From NCBI RefSeq assembly GCF_009914755.1, contig NC_060929.1: a DNA stretch of 64,000 bases. One strand, 5' to 3'. The notes below the pieces were generated by a model that was not told where the DNA came from, did not search any database, and saw only the letters and a list, made by a program, of their open reading frames with translations. Below are positions 30,310 through 44,907 of the stretch, one piece after another; position 1 is the first letter of the stretch; the number at the start of each line of letters is the position of its first letter. The stretch comes from the human T2T-CHM13v2.0 reference genome, Homo sapiens. A program made the position numbers and the translations under genes.

Positions 30310-30600
30310 ACATCAGTTCTCCCAACCAAAATTCCAGGTGGATTTTTTTTATGAATTCAAACTTATTTTAAAATTTATATGATTATAACTATATACAGCA
30401 GCTAAATATACCTTTAAAAAGAAAGAACTGTCCTGCTAGATATTAAGACATACCATAAAGCCATAATATTAAAACTCACATTGGATTGGCACAAAAACAG
30501 ACAAACTGATGAATAGAACAGAATAGAGAACAGACAAACCTATGAATATATGTGAATTTAATAAATGAGTAAGGTATCACCACAAATAAATTCTGTCAGA
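30310..30600 (+). mobile_element. Old L1 (L1ME/L1MD-type) ORF2 fragment
   Basis: ttattttaaaatttatatg...agatattaagacataccataaagccata...ttggcacaaaaacagacaaactgatgaatagaacagaatagagaac. Confidence 0.75.
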
Positions 30601-31229
30601 AGAAAAAGAATGATGAACTAAAAAATTCTATACGGCTAATATTCTTGATATGAAATATTGAAATTCATAATTACTATTTGACTATTTCAAATAATGTCAG
30701 CTATTAATTTTGTGTTCTCAGTTTCATCCTCAAGACCAAGTTGCTTTTCTGCTGGTTACTTAACAAAATACAACCTGCCTCTGTAATGTAAGAAATGTTT
30801 GTAGGAATGATCAAGGACAGGCAAATAACTTTGACTTTAATTTTCAGATATACAGAAAGCCAATTTCAGGGTATACAATAGTCTGTTTAAAGGGAAAAAA
30901 TCATAAGAAATATTTTCAAATAAAAATATAAAAAGTGCAAAGTAAAAAAGAGACAAAAGGTGTAAAAAATTCTGAGGGTGGAGAGAGGGCGTGCAAAATG
31001 AAGAAGTTAGCACCTAAAATAGAAGATAGGGAAGCCATAATATAAAACGATTCTCAGCAAAGCAGAAGAATGCAATAATTACCTTCAGAGGATTGAAGCT
31101 TGAAGAAATGAATGTAAACATTCAAGACTAAAAGGCAAGAGTAGGAATGAATTCTAAATTCAGAGACTTTATATTTAAATCTGAGCTGAACGGTTACTAC
31201 ATTAAAAAATCTTTTATTACATTTTGGAT

Positions 31230-31445
31230 GAGTAATAATAATACTACTCTTGATTTATTGAACTTCTTTGTGCCAGTGATTCCAAAGAGCTCTGAAAATG
31301 TCTTGTGACAGATATTATTTCCTTTTAACAGACGAAGAAATTGAGGTATGTAGAGCTTAAGTGACTTGTTCATTGTCACAATTAATCAGTGGTAATGCTG
31401 GAAATAAAATTTAAAGTTCTCTGCTATCCAGTGTAGGGGCTGTTT
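31230..31445 (-). mobile_element. MIR SINE
   Basis: atttattgaacttctttgtgccag...ttttaacagacgaagaaattgaggtatgtagagcttaagtgacttgttcattgtcaca. Confidence 0.8.
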
Positions 31446-32799
31446 TCTGTCTCATGTTAAATGATCCATAATTAACTTACCACAGGAATAGAGTAGATTC
31501 TTAAGGAATAATTACGGAAATCATGCCTTGGTTAAGATTCATGTTCATGTTAAATCACTAATAAAGTCACTAAAAATAGCAAAATCCTTAAATACTTTAA
31601 AAAATCCCAACTTGTTATTCAAATAAGACCAATGTAGATATAGCAAAATTTCAGCAGCAATCAACTGAATTTAAGAGATAAATTTTAGCTTACATTTTAA
31701 AAAATTTATTTGTTATTCCCTAATAATATATTTAACTGTCTTCTTAATGAGTTCTCAGTGAGTCCAATTAGTATTTTAAAACAATTACTTCCAAACTAAA
31801 AAATAACCTCATGTATAGCTTATGACTTTGCAAGCTCAACACATCTTTTTGATGTCTAAGCACTTGGAGGAGAAAGCTTACCAATTAAACCTAAACGCGA
31901 TTACTGAATGCCTAAATTGGCACCACAGGAATAATCTACTGATTTTCTAAGTGTTGATGGAATCAAATGTTGATATATCTTAAAGTGAGGAATCCAACCA
32001 GTTGTTCTATTACACACTGAATGCGAAGAAGTGATCATTTGTCAAATGCAAAGTTTGCTGATGCATAGTCACTCATCTGGATCTGACATAAAGAAAATGG
32101 TGACATTTAAAACTATCCTCTCAAATAAACTTGTATTGTAAAAAATGTATATAAAAATTATTTATTTGGGCAGAATTGCCTAACTAATGATGTTAATGCG
32201 ACATGAATCACCACTTTCCCATTTGATATTTTCCTCTTCTTGGACCTTTCATGTTCTCAAATTTGCTATAGTTTCCCAATACCTAATTATAACTGCTTTT
32301 TCTTTATTAAAGGTGCCACTTTGACAGGATTATGTTATGAATGTATATGAAGTGGGTGGTATTCTTGAGGAAGTCCACAGATATCCTTGCCTATATCACC
32401 CCATTTTGAATTGGTCCAGATAATACTTAATTATACCTTAAGACACTGTGCACGGCAACTGCCACCAAACAGCAGTCCTTCCATTCTAACTACCACAGCA
32501 CGCTGGCTCAGCCTGCACTAATCACCCTGCAGACAAGTTACAAGTTTACTCATTTAGACATGATATATTTAGGACATTTCTATAGCAAAAATTTATCAGT
32601 GCCCTCCCTCCCCTCATTTCTACCTAGTACAAACTTGGAGCTTATCATTCAATTCTCTTCACAGTCTGGAATTGATACAAGTTTCAAGTACTACTATGCA
32701 CTAGTCAAGTTGTGCTATTTTGCTATTCCTAAAATACATCTTTCCCTTTTTTTCCTTTACCCTCTGTTTGCAATGCAGTCTGCCAATAATGGCTCCCAC

Positions 32800-33365
32800 T
32801 CTGAAGTGGTCCCTTAAATGTTACCCTCTGTGCAGCATCCTTTGATTGCCCATTCATCTTTCCACCTGTGCCGTACCCTCTGCCACAGATCTCACTTAGA
32901 TATGTAGAAACATTGTATCACTTTACTACATGTATCGTGTACTAATTTCTATATGGTGATTTGTGATTTGTGTGTATGTCTCAATTTCTGATACAGAACT
33001 GAATTTCCTGAGGGCAGTCTCTATTTTGTACATATGCTTGGTGTTTCATATTCAGGGGCTGCTCGATACATTTTTGTTAAATGCATGAATAATACAGAAC
33101 AACTAAAACAATTATAGACATTATATAAGATTATCAATTGGTTAAATAAAATTCAAAGCTGTATGTGTAATTTACATTACTTTACAGGTCAGCTGGAGTA
33201 CTGAATTAACTATTGACTTCTCCAAAGAAAAGCAAATAATTCTAGAATGTAAAGGTATTAAAGGCAAGTAAGTTTATCTATTTTGTTCACTGATGTATTC
33301 CAAGTGCCTAAAACAATGTCAGGCATGTAATGGGCATTTAATAAATATTTGTTGAATGAACAAAT
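32800..33365 (+). mobile_element. Two L2 3'-end fragments
   Basis: Termini tttgttaaatgcatgaat (about 33090) and ctagaatgtaa...ttttgttcactgatgtattccaagtgcctaaaacaatgtcaggcatg...aataaatatttgttgaatgaa (33242-33360). Confidence 0.75.
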
Positions 33366-34339
33366 AATTATTTTTTTTAAAAACAGCTATTTTAAAACAT
33401 ACTCTGGATTTTTATATGTTCTTCGGATTTTTATCTGACCCTCAATTTCCTAGCATTTTCATTGAAGAAATCTAGTCCATTCTCATTTTATTTGATATAC
33501 ATGATACTGTCTCTACACAGATATTAATAATACCTGTAAATTGAGAAAGATACAAAATTGCCCATATTGAATGTAAGTTTTGTGTACTGAAATCCCTTAT
33601 TCAAGAGACAAGCAATTGGACTTTCTTGCAAAGATAATATGGTTTTAGGTTGTCAGTGATGCAGGGAGCTATTGTCTGTATGTTGGCCTTGTGAAAGAAT
33701 TTAAAGTTTGTCAGCAGGTTTACACTTCCTTGGCTATTGCCTAGGTTTAACTGGGCTAAGAAAGTTATGAAGACTGAAAAGTCCATTAGGTAATGACTAG
33801 TAATGCCAAAGCTGATGGTATCACTTTTGATCCTCTCCTCACAGCTCTTAGACAAAACAGTCCTGTAATCATAGGCTTAAGCTTCTTAAACACAGCACAT
33901 ACAGCCACGGCCAGGAAAAATAAAACCAGAAGCTAGAGTCGAGGTGGGAGTTAGTCCATCCTGCTAGTCCTCAAAGAAACTTTTCCAAATCAAAAACTGC
34001 AAAAGTCACATATCAGCCAACACCAGAGAAAATCCACAGCAATTCAGAAAGCAATGATGAAAACTATAATCAAATTCTGCTACCTGAGTGGCACATTGCC
34101 TAATGCACTGAAAGCAAAATAGAAACCCCTAATCAAGAAGTCAGCATGTTGTTTAGGACAAGGGTAGATCAAGTATAGTGTCAACATGGCTACAAAGTCA
34201 AACCAAGCAAAAATATTGAGTGCTGACAACACTCATTTGTTTCTTATCTTTCTTTCTGATTAGCAGACTTGGACAAGGTGGCATAACAAGGTCCATGAAC
34301 AGTATGTGTGTGTTTAACTACTTGTCATTTAAAATTTAG

Positions 34340-34570
34340 ATTAGATAAGACCTCCAATAAGCCTTCACTGATTGCCACTCCCACCTCCTATTCATCTTTG
34401 CTCCTTGGCAATCCCATACACACTTATAATGATCAAATACCCTGACTGACTAAGATTTCTTTCTGTTGTCAGTTTCCTCCGTTAGACTGTAGGTTCTCTG
34501 ACAACAGGGACCTGTCCTACTTATCTCTATATCCTTTAGTACCAGCCACCTAATGGGTGCTTCACAAATC
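34340..34570 (+). mobile_element. L2 fragment
   Basis: ttagactgtaggttctctgacaacagggacctgtcctacttatctctatatcctttagtacc. Confidence 0.6.
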
Positions 34571-34590
34571 ATACAGGGAATAACAGAAGG

Positions 34591-34813
34591 TTTCTTTCTT
34601 TTTTTCTTTTTTTTTTAGAGACTGGGTCTTGCTCTGTCACCCAGGTTGGAGTGCAGTAGTATAATCATAGCTCACTGCAGCCTCAAATTCTTGGGCTCAA
34701 GGGAGCCTCCCATCTCAGCCTCCAAGTAGCTGGACTATAGGTGCACCCAACCATGCCCAGCAAATTTTTAAACTTTTTATAAAGAAAGGGTCTTGCTTCA
34801 TCACCCAGGCTGG
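34591..34813 (-). mobile_element. AluJ, 5'-truncated (right arm plus end of left arm)
   Basis: agagactgggtcttgctctgtcacccagg...gggctcaagggagcctccc, stopping at cccaggctgg. TSD taacagaag at 34581-34589 and 34814-34822. Confidence 0.93.
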
Positions 34814-35024
34814 TAACAGAAGCTTTTGTGCCACACGGAGCTGTCTTGAAACGCTGGCTTCACCTATGGGGGACTGTGTCCTGGTGCTGTGGCTGGTACT
34901 CAGGGAATTTGCACCCCCACCTCTGCTTCTCTACTGAGATTATCCTGGGCTCTGACTCCTATTGCCCATAGGCTAGTTCCACACCTCCCTGGGCTCGTCT
35001 TATAACCAGAGTTCAGGTGTTCTT

Positions 35025-35235
35025 TTGTCCAGGACAGGAGTTGGCACAGGCTCCATTTTTACTAGACTTGTATGCTCTAGATAATCATTTATATTTTCTG
35101 AGTCTCAGTGTCTTCATATGTTAGATAGGGATAATAATACCTGTACCTTGAATGGTCATCATGAAGATAAAATGAGTTAATGTATATAAAGTCACCAACA
35201 CCAGTGCCTGGTGAATAAATGGTAACTATTATTAA
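35025..35235 (+). mobile_element. MIR SINE
   Basis: tctgagtctcagtgtcttcatatgttagatagggataataatacct...gaagataaaatgagttaatgtatataaag...cagtgcctgg...aataaatggtaactattatt. Confidence 0.85.
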
Positions 35236-37300
35236 AACTCTTCTACTACGTTACCTTCAGCTACAAATATGTGGATCAGTCTTCCGACTGATAGCTGATG
35301 ACTTGTAGCTATCAACATAATACAAACCAGTCTTTGCAGACACATCCAAAGGTCTGCAATGCTATCTTAAAATATGAAGACAATTAGCACTTTACTAAAT
35401 GCTTAAAACAAGCAAGCATCATTTCCTGAATCCTGATTTGCCAGATTTTACATCTTCACTAATTATCATTTGATGAATAAAAAGGGGCAACTACTTCAGC
35501 CACTATATTTTCTTTCTGTTTCAAAAACAAGTATAATAATTCTGCAGGATTGAGATACCTTATTTTTCAAGTCAGGACTTTCAAAACAATTATTGTATAT
35601 TTATACAAGAGTCTTGTATATTGCTTGTGTTAAAATTTCAAGGGCCTAAGAAATGATAAACTAATATAGGCTGTTTCCTCTCAAGATGTATTTAGAAGCT
35701 GAAGAAAATTATTACATTAAGGACAACCTGCCTTTAAACATCTTAATAAATGAACTTGTGAAATGTCAGTCTCCCATTCATAGAATTTCTAGAAATGTGT
35801 ATTAAATTTAAATATTTAGTAACCATCATGAAATGATGAATTTTTAAGTGATCTTACTGGTGGTGCCAGGCTGTGTCACAAGGCTGGCTGGTAACTCAGC
35901 CTGTCATGTGGTGCTCCCAGGGCTACTACCTGGGAATCCATCGGACATCCTTGAGGTGTTCTTGCTCTTGGGGCACTAGAACAGCATTGGGCCTCTTGAG
36001 GAGGGTCCTAGAGGCTCAAAAATTCAGTCTCATCAACTTTAACCAAAATTCCAAGGAGGAAAGTTTAAAGGACATGAGCCATGTCTATTGCTTCTGCTCC
36101 TTTATAAAAGACATCCTCTGGAAAAAATGGCTAAAGGCCCTGAGGTCAACCCAATTCTGCTTTCACCCAAAGTTTTTGAGAGGAGGTAACTAAAATGATG
36201 GAAATGGAGGGACCTGTAGCTGGAAGCAGGAAAGGAAGCAATGAGTCTGTAGGTGAATGGCTTTATCTTCCAGCAATTTATAGCATCCCTCTAAGCCCTC
36301 AAGTGTTCACCATCTCAGGGACATAAAACATGGGCCCAGATTTTTCCCCCCATCTCTGATTTCCTAATTAAAGGTAAAAGTGTTTAAAAACAGTATTGGA
36401 GCCATTTTTAAGGAAAAAAAATTATAAAAATAAATATTTGATCAAGTTCAATTTCAAATAGAGACAGTTGTATTTATAAGATGGCTGCAATGACGGGAAC
36501 AGGCTGAACAACATAGACACTGGAAGAAAGCTTTGAGTTAGAGAAATCGGAGGTTGGTTTAGCTAATTAGAATAGGGATATTCATCTACAGCCCTAGTTG
36601 CAAGTCTTTTTAATATACACCTATTTGGGTAGAGATTTAGCACCAAACCTGAGATGCTTTCCTATTTTTCTTTTGGTTTTATCTGTCCATAAACAAACAC
36701 ACATACGTTTGAAATGTGAGAAAAAACTTAAATTCTGTAGCAGCTTTTGTAAAAATAATGGAAACTTTTGTAAAAACAGCTTTAAACACCCTGTTTGCCA
36801 AGTCAAACAACGTGCCAATTCTGTGAAAGCTGCTACAGGTTTTGTGCTTGTCAAGAGTTGTGGAACCTGGAGTGTTCTGACAGCCACCAGAGATTATTTA
36901 AATATAAGAATAATCACAATTCTATCAGCCACTTAAAATCGTATTAAAAGACCTACCTCAAATGTGAGCTGCATTTGGCAACAAATTGGTTACTGTGATG
37001 GCCCCCAACGTATGGGTGTTATGCTGATCAACCCCCCTTTCTTGACAAACTGATACTAGGAAACTTCTGTTGTTGCCGATGGAATTTAAGGCCCAAGTAC
37101 TTTTCCCTCTGTCTTTTGCAGTACCCTTTTGTGTAACAGCATATTGGAAAAGGTCATTCATTGGCTGAGAATAGGATTACTCACAGCAGAGTTATTTCTA
37201 TAACTATCATTTCACATGCTTTCAGTTGTTTGCTAAAAATAATACTACAGAAGACAGAAGAGTTTTCATTATTTCTTAGACAACTGTAAAAATGTAAACT

Positions 37301-37802
<502 letters not shown>

Positions 37803-37805
37803 TCA

Positions 37806-37986
37806 GGCCAGGTGCAGTGACTCACGTCTGCAATCCCACTACTTTGGGAGGCTGAGGCAGGAAGATCACTTGAGCCCAGGAGTTTGAGAGCAGCCAGGGC
37901 AATATGGCAAGATGTCATCTCTACTAAAAATAAATATTTTTAAAAATAGCCAAGTGTAGTGGTGTGTGCTGTAAAAAAAAAAAAAA
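37806..37986 (+). mobile_element. AluJ left arm plus first ~30 bp of right arm, then A14
   Basis: ggccaggtgcagtgactcac...gatcacttgagcccaggagtttgag...tagccaagtgtagtggtgtgtgctgt followed by an A14 run. Confidence 0.9.
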
Positions 37987-40155
37987 TCAAAAGGACAATC
38001 ATTTGGTATTTATTAGTTCACAGAGTCTTGGAATTCAAACATTGCACAGTGAGACAAAAGCCCTTGTCCTACTGACTTTGCCATTTTACTGATTGAAAAA
38101 AAAATGAACAAATTTAATTGAATAGCACATCACAGATAGGGAGATGGGATCAGGCAATAAGAGAGTAGGTACATTCTTGGTAGAAAAAATTGTTTATTAT
38201 ACTTTAAGTTCTGGGATACCTGTGCAGAATGTGCAAGTTTGTTACATAGATATACATGTGCCATGGTGGTTTGCTGCACCTATCAACCTGTCATCTACAT
38301 TAGGTATTTCTCCTAATGCTATCCCTCCCCTAGCCCCCCACCACCCAACAGACCCTGGTGTGTGATGTTCCCCTCCTTGTGTCCATGTGTTCTCATTGTT
38401 CAACTCCCACTTATGAGTGAGAACATGCAGTGTTTGGTTTTCTGTTCCTGTGTTAGTTTGCTGAGAATGATGGTTTACAGCTTCATCCATGTCCCTGCAA
38501 AGGACACAAACTCATCCTTTTTTATGGCTGCATAGTATCCCATGGTGTATATGTCCATATTTTCTTTATCCAATCTATCACTGATGGGCATTTGGGTTGG
38601 TTCCAAGTCTTTGCTATTGTAAATAGTGCTGCAATAAACATCCATGTGCATGTGTCTTTATAATAGAATGATTTATAATCCTTTGGGTATATACCCAGTA
38701 ATGGAATTGCTGGGTCAAATGGAATTTCTGGTTTTAGATCCTTGAGGAATCACCACACTGTCTTCCACAATGGTTGAACTAATTTACACTCCCACCAACA
38801 GTGTAAAAGCATTCCTATTTCTCCACATCCTCTCCAGCATCTGTTGTTTCCTGAGTTTTTAATGATCACCATTCTAACTGGTGTGAGATGGTATTCAATG
38901 TGGTTTTGATTTGCATTTCTCTAATAACCAGTGATGATGAGCTTTTTTTCATATGTTTCTTGGCCACATGAATGTCTTCTTTTGAAAAGTATCTGTTCAT
39001 ATCCTTTGCCCACTTTTTGATACAGTTGTTTGTTTTTTTCTTGTAAATATGAATAAGTTCCTTGTAGATTCTGGATATTAGCCCTTTGTCAGATGGATAG
39101 ATTGCAAAAATTTTCTCCCATTCTGTAGGTTGCCTGTTCACTCTGATGATAGTTTCTTTTGCTGTGCAGAACTCTTTAATTAGATCCCATTTGTCAATTT
39201 TGGCTTTTGTTGCCATTGCTTTTGGTGTTTTAGCCTTGAAGTCTCTGCCCATGCCTATGTCCTGGTTTTCTTCTAGGGTTTTTATGGTTTTAGGTCTTCC
39301 ATTTAAATCTTTGATCCATCTTGAGTTAATTTTTGTATAAGGTGTAAGGAAGGGGTCCAGTTTCAGTTTTCTGCATATGGCTAGCCAGTTTTCACAGCAC
39401 TATTTATTAAATAGGGAATCCTTCCCCCATTGCTTGTTTTTTGTCAGGTTTGTCAAAGATCAGATGGTTGTAGATGTGTGACATTATTTCTGAGGCTCTG
39501 TTCTGTTCCATTGCTCTATATCTCTGTTTTGGAACCAGTAGCATGGTGGTTTGGTTACTGTAAACTTGTAGTATAGTTTGAAGTCAGGTAGTGTGATGCC
39601 TCCAGTTTTGTTCTTTTTGCTTAGGATTGTCTTGGCTATACGGGCTCTTTTTGATTCCATATGAAATTTAAAATAGTTTTTTCAAATTCTGTGAAGAAAG
39701 TCAATGGTAGCTTGATGGGGGTAGCATTGAATCTATAAATTACTTTGGGCAGTATGGCCATTTTCACGATATTGATTCTTCCTATCCATGAGCATGGAAT
39801 GTTTTTCCATTTGTTTGTATCCTCTATTATTTCCTTTAGCAGTGGTTTGTAGTTCTCCTTGAAGAGGTCCTTCACATCCCTTGAAGTTATTTTCCTAGCT
39901 ATTTTGTTCTTTTTGTAGCAGTTGTGAATGGGAGTTCACTCATGATTTGGCTCTCTGTTTGTTTATTATTGGTGTACAGGAATGCTTGTGATTTTCGCAC
40001 ATTGATTTTGTATCCTGAAACTGTGCTGAAGTTGCTTATCAGCTTAAGGAGATTTTGGGCTGAGACGATGGGGTGTTCTAAATATACAATCATGTCATCC
40101 GCAGAGACAATTTGACTTTCTCTCTTCCTATTTGAATACCCATTATTTCTTTCTA

Positions 40156-40425
<270 letters not shown>

Positions 40426-42494
40426 TCATTGGTTCTGTTTATGTGATGGATTACGTTTATTGATTTGTGTATGTCGAACCAGCCTTGCATCCCAGGGATG
40501 AAAGCGACTTGATCATGGTGGATAAGCTTTTTGATGTGCTGCTGGATTCAGTTTGCAAGTATTTTATTGAGGATTTTATTGAGGATTTATTGAGGTTTAT
40601 CAGGGATATTGGCCTGAAATTTTCTTTTTTTGTTGTGTCTTTGACAGGTTTTGGTATCAGGATGATGCTGGTCTCATAAAATGAGTTAGGGAGGCATCCC
40701 TCTTTTTCTATATTTTGGCATAGTTTCAGAAGGAATGGTATCAGCTCCTCTTTGTACCTCTGGTAGAAATCGGCTGTGAATCTGTCTGATCCTGGGCTGT
40801 TTTTGGTTTGTGGACTATTACTGCCTCAATTTCAGAACTTGTTATTGGTCTATTCAGGGATTCAACTTTTTCCTGGTTTAGTCTTGGGATGGTGTATGTG
40901 TCCAGGAATTTAACCATTTCTTCTAGATTTTCTAGTTTATTTGCATAGAGGTGTTTATAGTATTCTCTGGTGGTAGTTTGTATTGCTGTGGGATCAGCAG
41001 TGATATTTCATTTATCATTTTTTATTGTGTCTTTTTGATTCTTCTCTCTTTTTTTCTTTATTAGTCTGGCTAGCAGTCTGTCTATTTTGTTAATCTTTAA
41101 AAAAAAAACAGCTCCTGGATTCATTGATTTTTGGAAAGGTTTTACACGTCTCTATCTCCTTCAGTTCTGCTCTGATCTTAGTTACTTCTTTTCTTCTGCT
41201 AGCTTTTGAATTTGTTTGCCTTGCTTCTCTAGTTCTTTTAATTGTGATGTTAGGGTATCAATTTTAGATCTTTCCCACTTTCTTTTCTGGGCATTTAGTG
41301 CTATCAATTTCCCTCTAAACACTGCTTTAGCTGTGTCCCAGAGATTCTGATATATTGTGTCCTTGTTCTCATTGGTTTCAAAGAACTTATTTATTTCTGC
41401 CTTAATTTCGTTATTTACTCAGTAGTCATTCAGGAGCAGGTTGTTCAGTTTCCATGTAGTTGTGCAGTTTTGAGTGAGTTTCTTAATCCTGAGTTCTAAT
41501 TTGATTGCACTGTGGTCTGTGAGACTGTTTGTTATGATTTCCATTCTTTTGCATTTGCTGAGGAGTGTTTTACTTCCAATTATGTGATCAATTTTAGAAT
41601 AAGTATGATGTGGTGCTGAGAAGAATATATATTCTGTTGATTTGGGGTGGAGAGTTCTGTAGATGTCTATTAGGTCTGCTTGGTCCAGAGCTGAGTTCAA
41701 GTCCTGAATAGCCTTGTTAATTTTCTGTCTCATTGATCTGTCTAATATTGACAGTGGGGTGTTAAAGTCTTCCAGTATTATCGTGAGGGAGTCTAAGTCT
41801 CTTTGTAGGTCTCTAAGAACTTGCTTTATGAATCTGGGTTCTCATGTATTGGGTGCATATAAATTTAGGATAGTTAGTTCTTCTTGTTGCATTGATCCTT
41901 TTACCATTATGTAATGCCCTTCTTTGTCTTTTTTGATCTTTGTTGGTTTAAAGTCTGTTTTTTTCAGAGATTAAGATTGTAACCCCTGTTTTTTGTTTGT
42001 TTTTGTTTTTTTTGCTTTCCATTTGCTTGGTAAATATTCCTCCATCCCTTTATTTTGAGTTTATATGTGCCTTTGCACGTGGGATGGGTCTCCTGAATAC
42101 AACACACTGATGGGTCTTAACTGTTTATCCAATTTGCCAATCTATGTCTTCAAATTGGGACATTTAGCCCATTTAAATTTAAGGTTAATATTGTTATGTG
42201 TGTATTTGATCCTGTCATTATGATGCTAGCTGGTTATTTTGCCCATTAGTTGATGCAGTTTCTTCATAGTGTCAATGGTCTTTACAATTTGGTATGTTTT
42301 TCCAGTGGCTGATACTGGTTTTTCCTTTCCATATTTAGTGCTTCTTTCAGGAGCTCTTGTAAGGCAGGCCTGGTGGTGACAAAATCCCTCAGCATTTACT
42401 TGTCTGTAAAGGATTTTATTTCTCCTTCACTTATGAAGCTTAGTTTAGCTGGATATGAAATTCTAGGTTGAGAATTCTTTTCTTTAAGAATGTT

Positions 42495-42777
42495 GGCTGG
42501 GCATTGTGGCTCACACCTGTAATCCCAGCACTTTGGGAGGCCAAGGTGGGTGGATCACGAGGTCAGGAGTTTGAGACCAGCCTGACCAACATGGTGAAAC
42601 CCTGTTTCTACTAAAAATACAAAAATTAGCTGGGTGTGGTGGCGCACACCTGTAATCCCAGATACTCAGGAGGCTGAGGCAGGGGAATCACTTGAACTGT
42701 GGAGGTGGAGGTTGCAGTGAGCTGAGAATGTGCCATTGCACTCCAGCCTTGGCAAGACTATGTCTCAAAAAATAAAA
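42495..42777 (+). mobile_element. AluSg-like, inserted antisense in L1 ORF1
   Basis: ggatcacgaggtcaggag (2-bp deletion diagnostic of the Sg/Sc/Y lineage). TSD aagaatgttg at 42486-42495 and 42778-42787, at a TT/AAGA endonuclease site. Confidence 0.95.
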
Positions 42778-43999
42778 AAGAATGTTGAATATTGGCCCCC
42801 ACTCTCTTCTGGCTTGTAGGGTTTCCGCAGAGAGATTCACTGTTAGTCTGATGGGCTTCCCTTTGTGGGTAACCCAACCTTTCTCTCTGGCTGCCCTTAA
42901 CATTGTTTCCTTCATTTCAACCTAGGTGAATTTTACAATTATGTGTCTTGGGGTTGCTCTCCTCAAGGAGTATCTTTGTGGTGTTCTCGTATTTCCTTAA
43001 TTTGAATGTTGGCCTCTCTTGCTAGGTTGGGGAAGTTCTCCTGGATAATATACTGAAGAGTGTTTTCTAACTTGGTTCCATTCACTTGTCACTTTCTGGT
43101 ACACCAATCAAACGTAGGTTTGGTCTTTTCACATAGTCTCATATTTCTTGGAGGCTTTGTTCATGCCTTTTCATTCTTTTTTCTCTAATCTTGTCTTCAT
43201 GCTTTATTTCATTAAGTTGATCTTCAGTCTCTGATATCCTTTCTTCTGCTTGATCAATTCGGCTACTGATACTTGTGTATGCTTCACAAAATTCTCGTGC
43301 TGTGTTTTTCAACTCCATCAGGTCATTTATGTTCTTCTCTAAACTGGTTATTCTAGTTAGCAATTCCTCCAACCTTTTTTCAAGGTTATTAGCTTCCCTG
43401 CATTGGGTTAGAACAAGCTCCTTTAGCTCAGAGGAGTTTGTTATTATCCACCTTCTGAAGCCTTCTTCTGTCAATTTGTCAAACTCATTCTCCATCTAGT
43501 TTTGTTCCCTTGCTGGTGAGGACTTGTGATCCTTTGAAGGAGAAGACGCATTCTGGTTTTGGAATTTTCAGACTTTTTGTGCTAGTTTTTTCTCATCTTC
43601 ATGGATTTATCTACCTTTTGTTTTTGATGTTGGTGATCTTCAGATGGGGTTTCTGTGTGGACATCCTTTTTGTTGATGTTGATGCTATTCCTTTCTGTTT
43701 GTTAGTTTTCCTTCTAACAGTCAGGCCCTTCTGCTGCAGGTCTGCTGGAGTTTGCTGGAGGTCCAGTCCAGACCCTGTTTGACTAGGTATCACCAGCAGA
43801 GGCTGCAGAACAGCAAAGATTGCTGCCTGTTCCTTCCTCTGGAAACTTCGTCCCAGAGGGGCAACCACCTTATGCCAGCCAGAGCTCTCCTGTATGAGGG
43901 GTCTGTTTACCCCTGCTGGGAGATGTCTCCCAGTCAGGAGGCATGGAGGTCAGGGACCCACTTGAGGAGGCAGTCTGTCCCTTAGCAGAGCTTGAGCCC

Positions 44000-44907
44000 T
44001 GTACTAGGAGATACACTGCTCTCTTTAGGGCTGGCAGGCAAGTACATTGAAGTCTGCTGAAGCTGCGCCCAAAGCCTCTGCTTCAGGGAGATGGGAATTT
44101 TATCTATAAGCCACTGACTGGGGCTGCTGCCTTTCTTTCAGAGATTCCCTGCTCAGAGAGGAGGAATCTAAATAGGCAGTCTGGCTACAATGGCTTTGCT
44201 GAGCTGCGGGGGTTCCACCCAGTTTGAATTTCCAGGTGGCTTTGTTTACACTGTGAGGGGAAAACTGTCTACTCAAACCTCAGTAATGGCTGACACCCCT
44301 CCCACCACCAAGCTCGAGCATTCCAGGTTGACTTCATACTGCTGTGCTGGCAGTGAGAATTTCAAGCCAGTGGATCTTAGCTTGCTGGGCTCCGTGGGGG
44401 TGGGATCCACTATAGACCACTTGGCTCCCTAGCTTCAGCCCCCTTTCCAAGAGAGTGAACCATTTTGTCTCGCTGGTGTTCCAGGCGCCACTGGGGTATG
44501 AAAAAAATACTCCTGCAGCTAGCTCGGTGTCTGCCCAAGTGGCCACTCAGTTTTGTGCTTGAATCCCAGGGCCTTGGTGGTGTAGGCAGCCGAGGGAATC
44601 TCCTGGTCTGGGGTTGCAAAGATGATGGGAAAAGCATAGTATCTGGGCCGGAGTGCACCGTTCCTCATGGCAAATTCCCTCACGGCTTCCCTTGGCTAGG
44701 GGAGGGAGTTCCCTGATCCTTTGCACTTCCCGGGTGAGGGGACATCCCTCCCCACTTCTGCTTGCCCTCTCAGGGCTGCAACCACTGTCTAACCAGTCCC
44801 AGTGAGATGAGCTGGGTTGGAAGTGCAGAAATCACCTGCCTTCTGCATTGATCTTGCTGGGAGCTGCAGACCAGAGCTGTTCCTATTCAGCCATCTTGCC
44901 AGCCACC
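44000..44907 (-). promoter_or_regulatory. L1 5'UTR internal promoter region with YY1 site
   Basis: GC-richer L1 5'UTR. The YY1 core caagatggc is intact (gccatcttg at 44890-44898). Activity is unknown. Confidence 0.6.
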
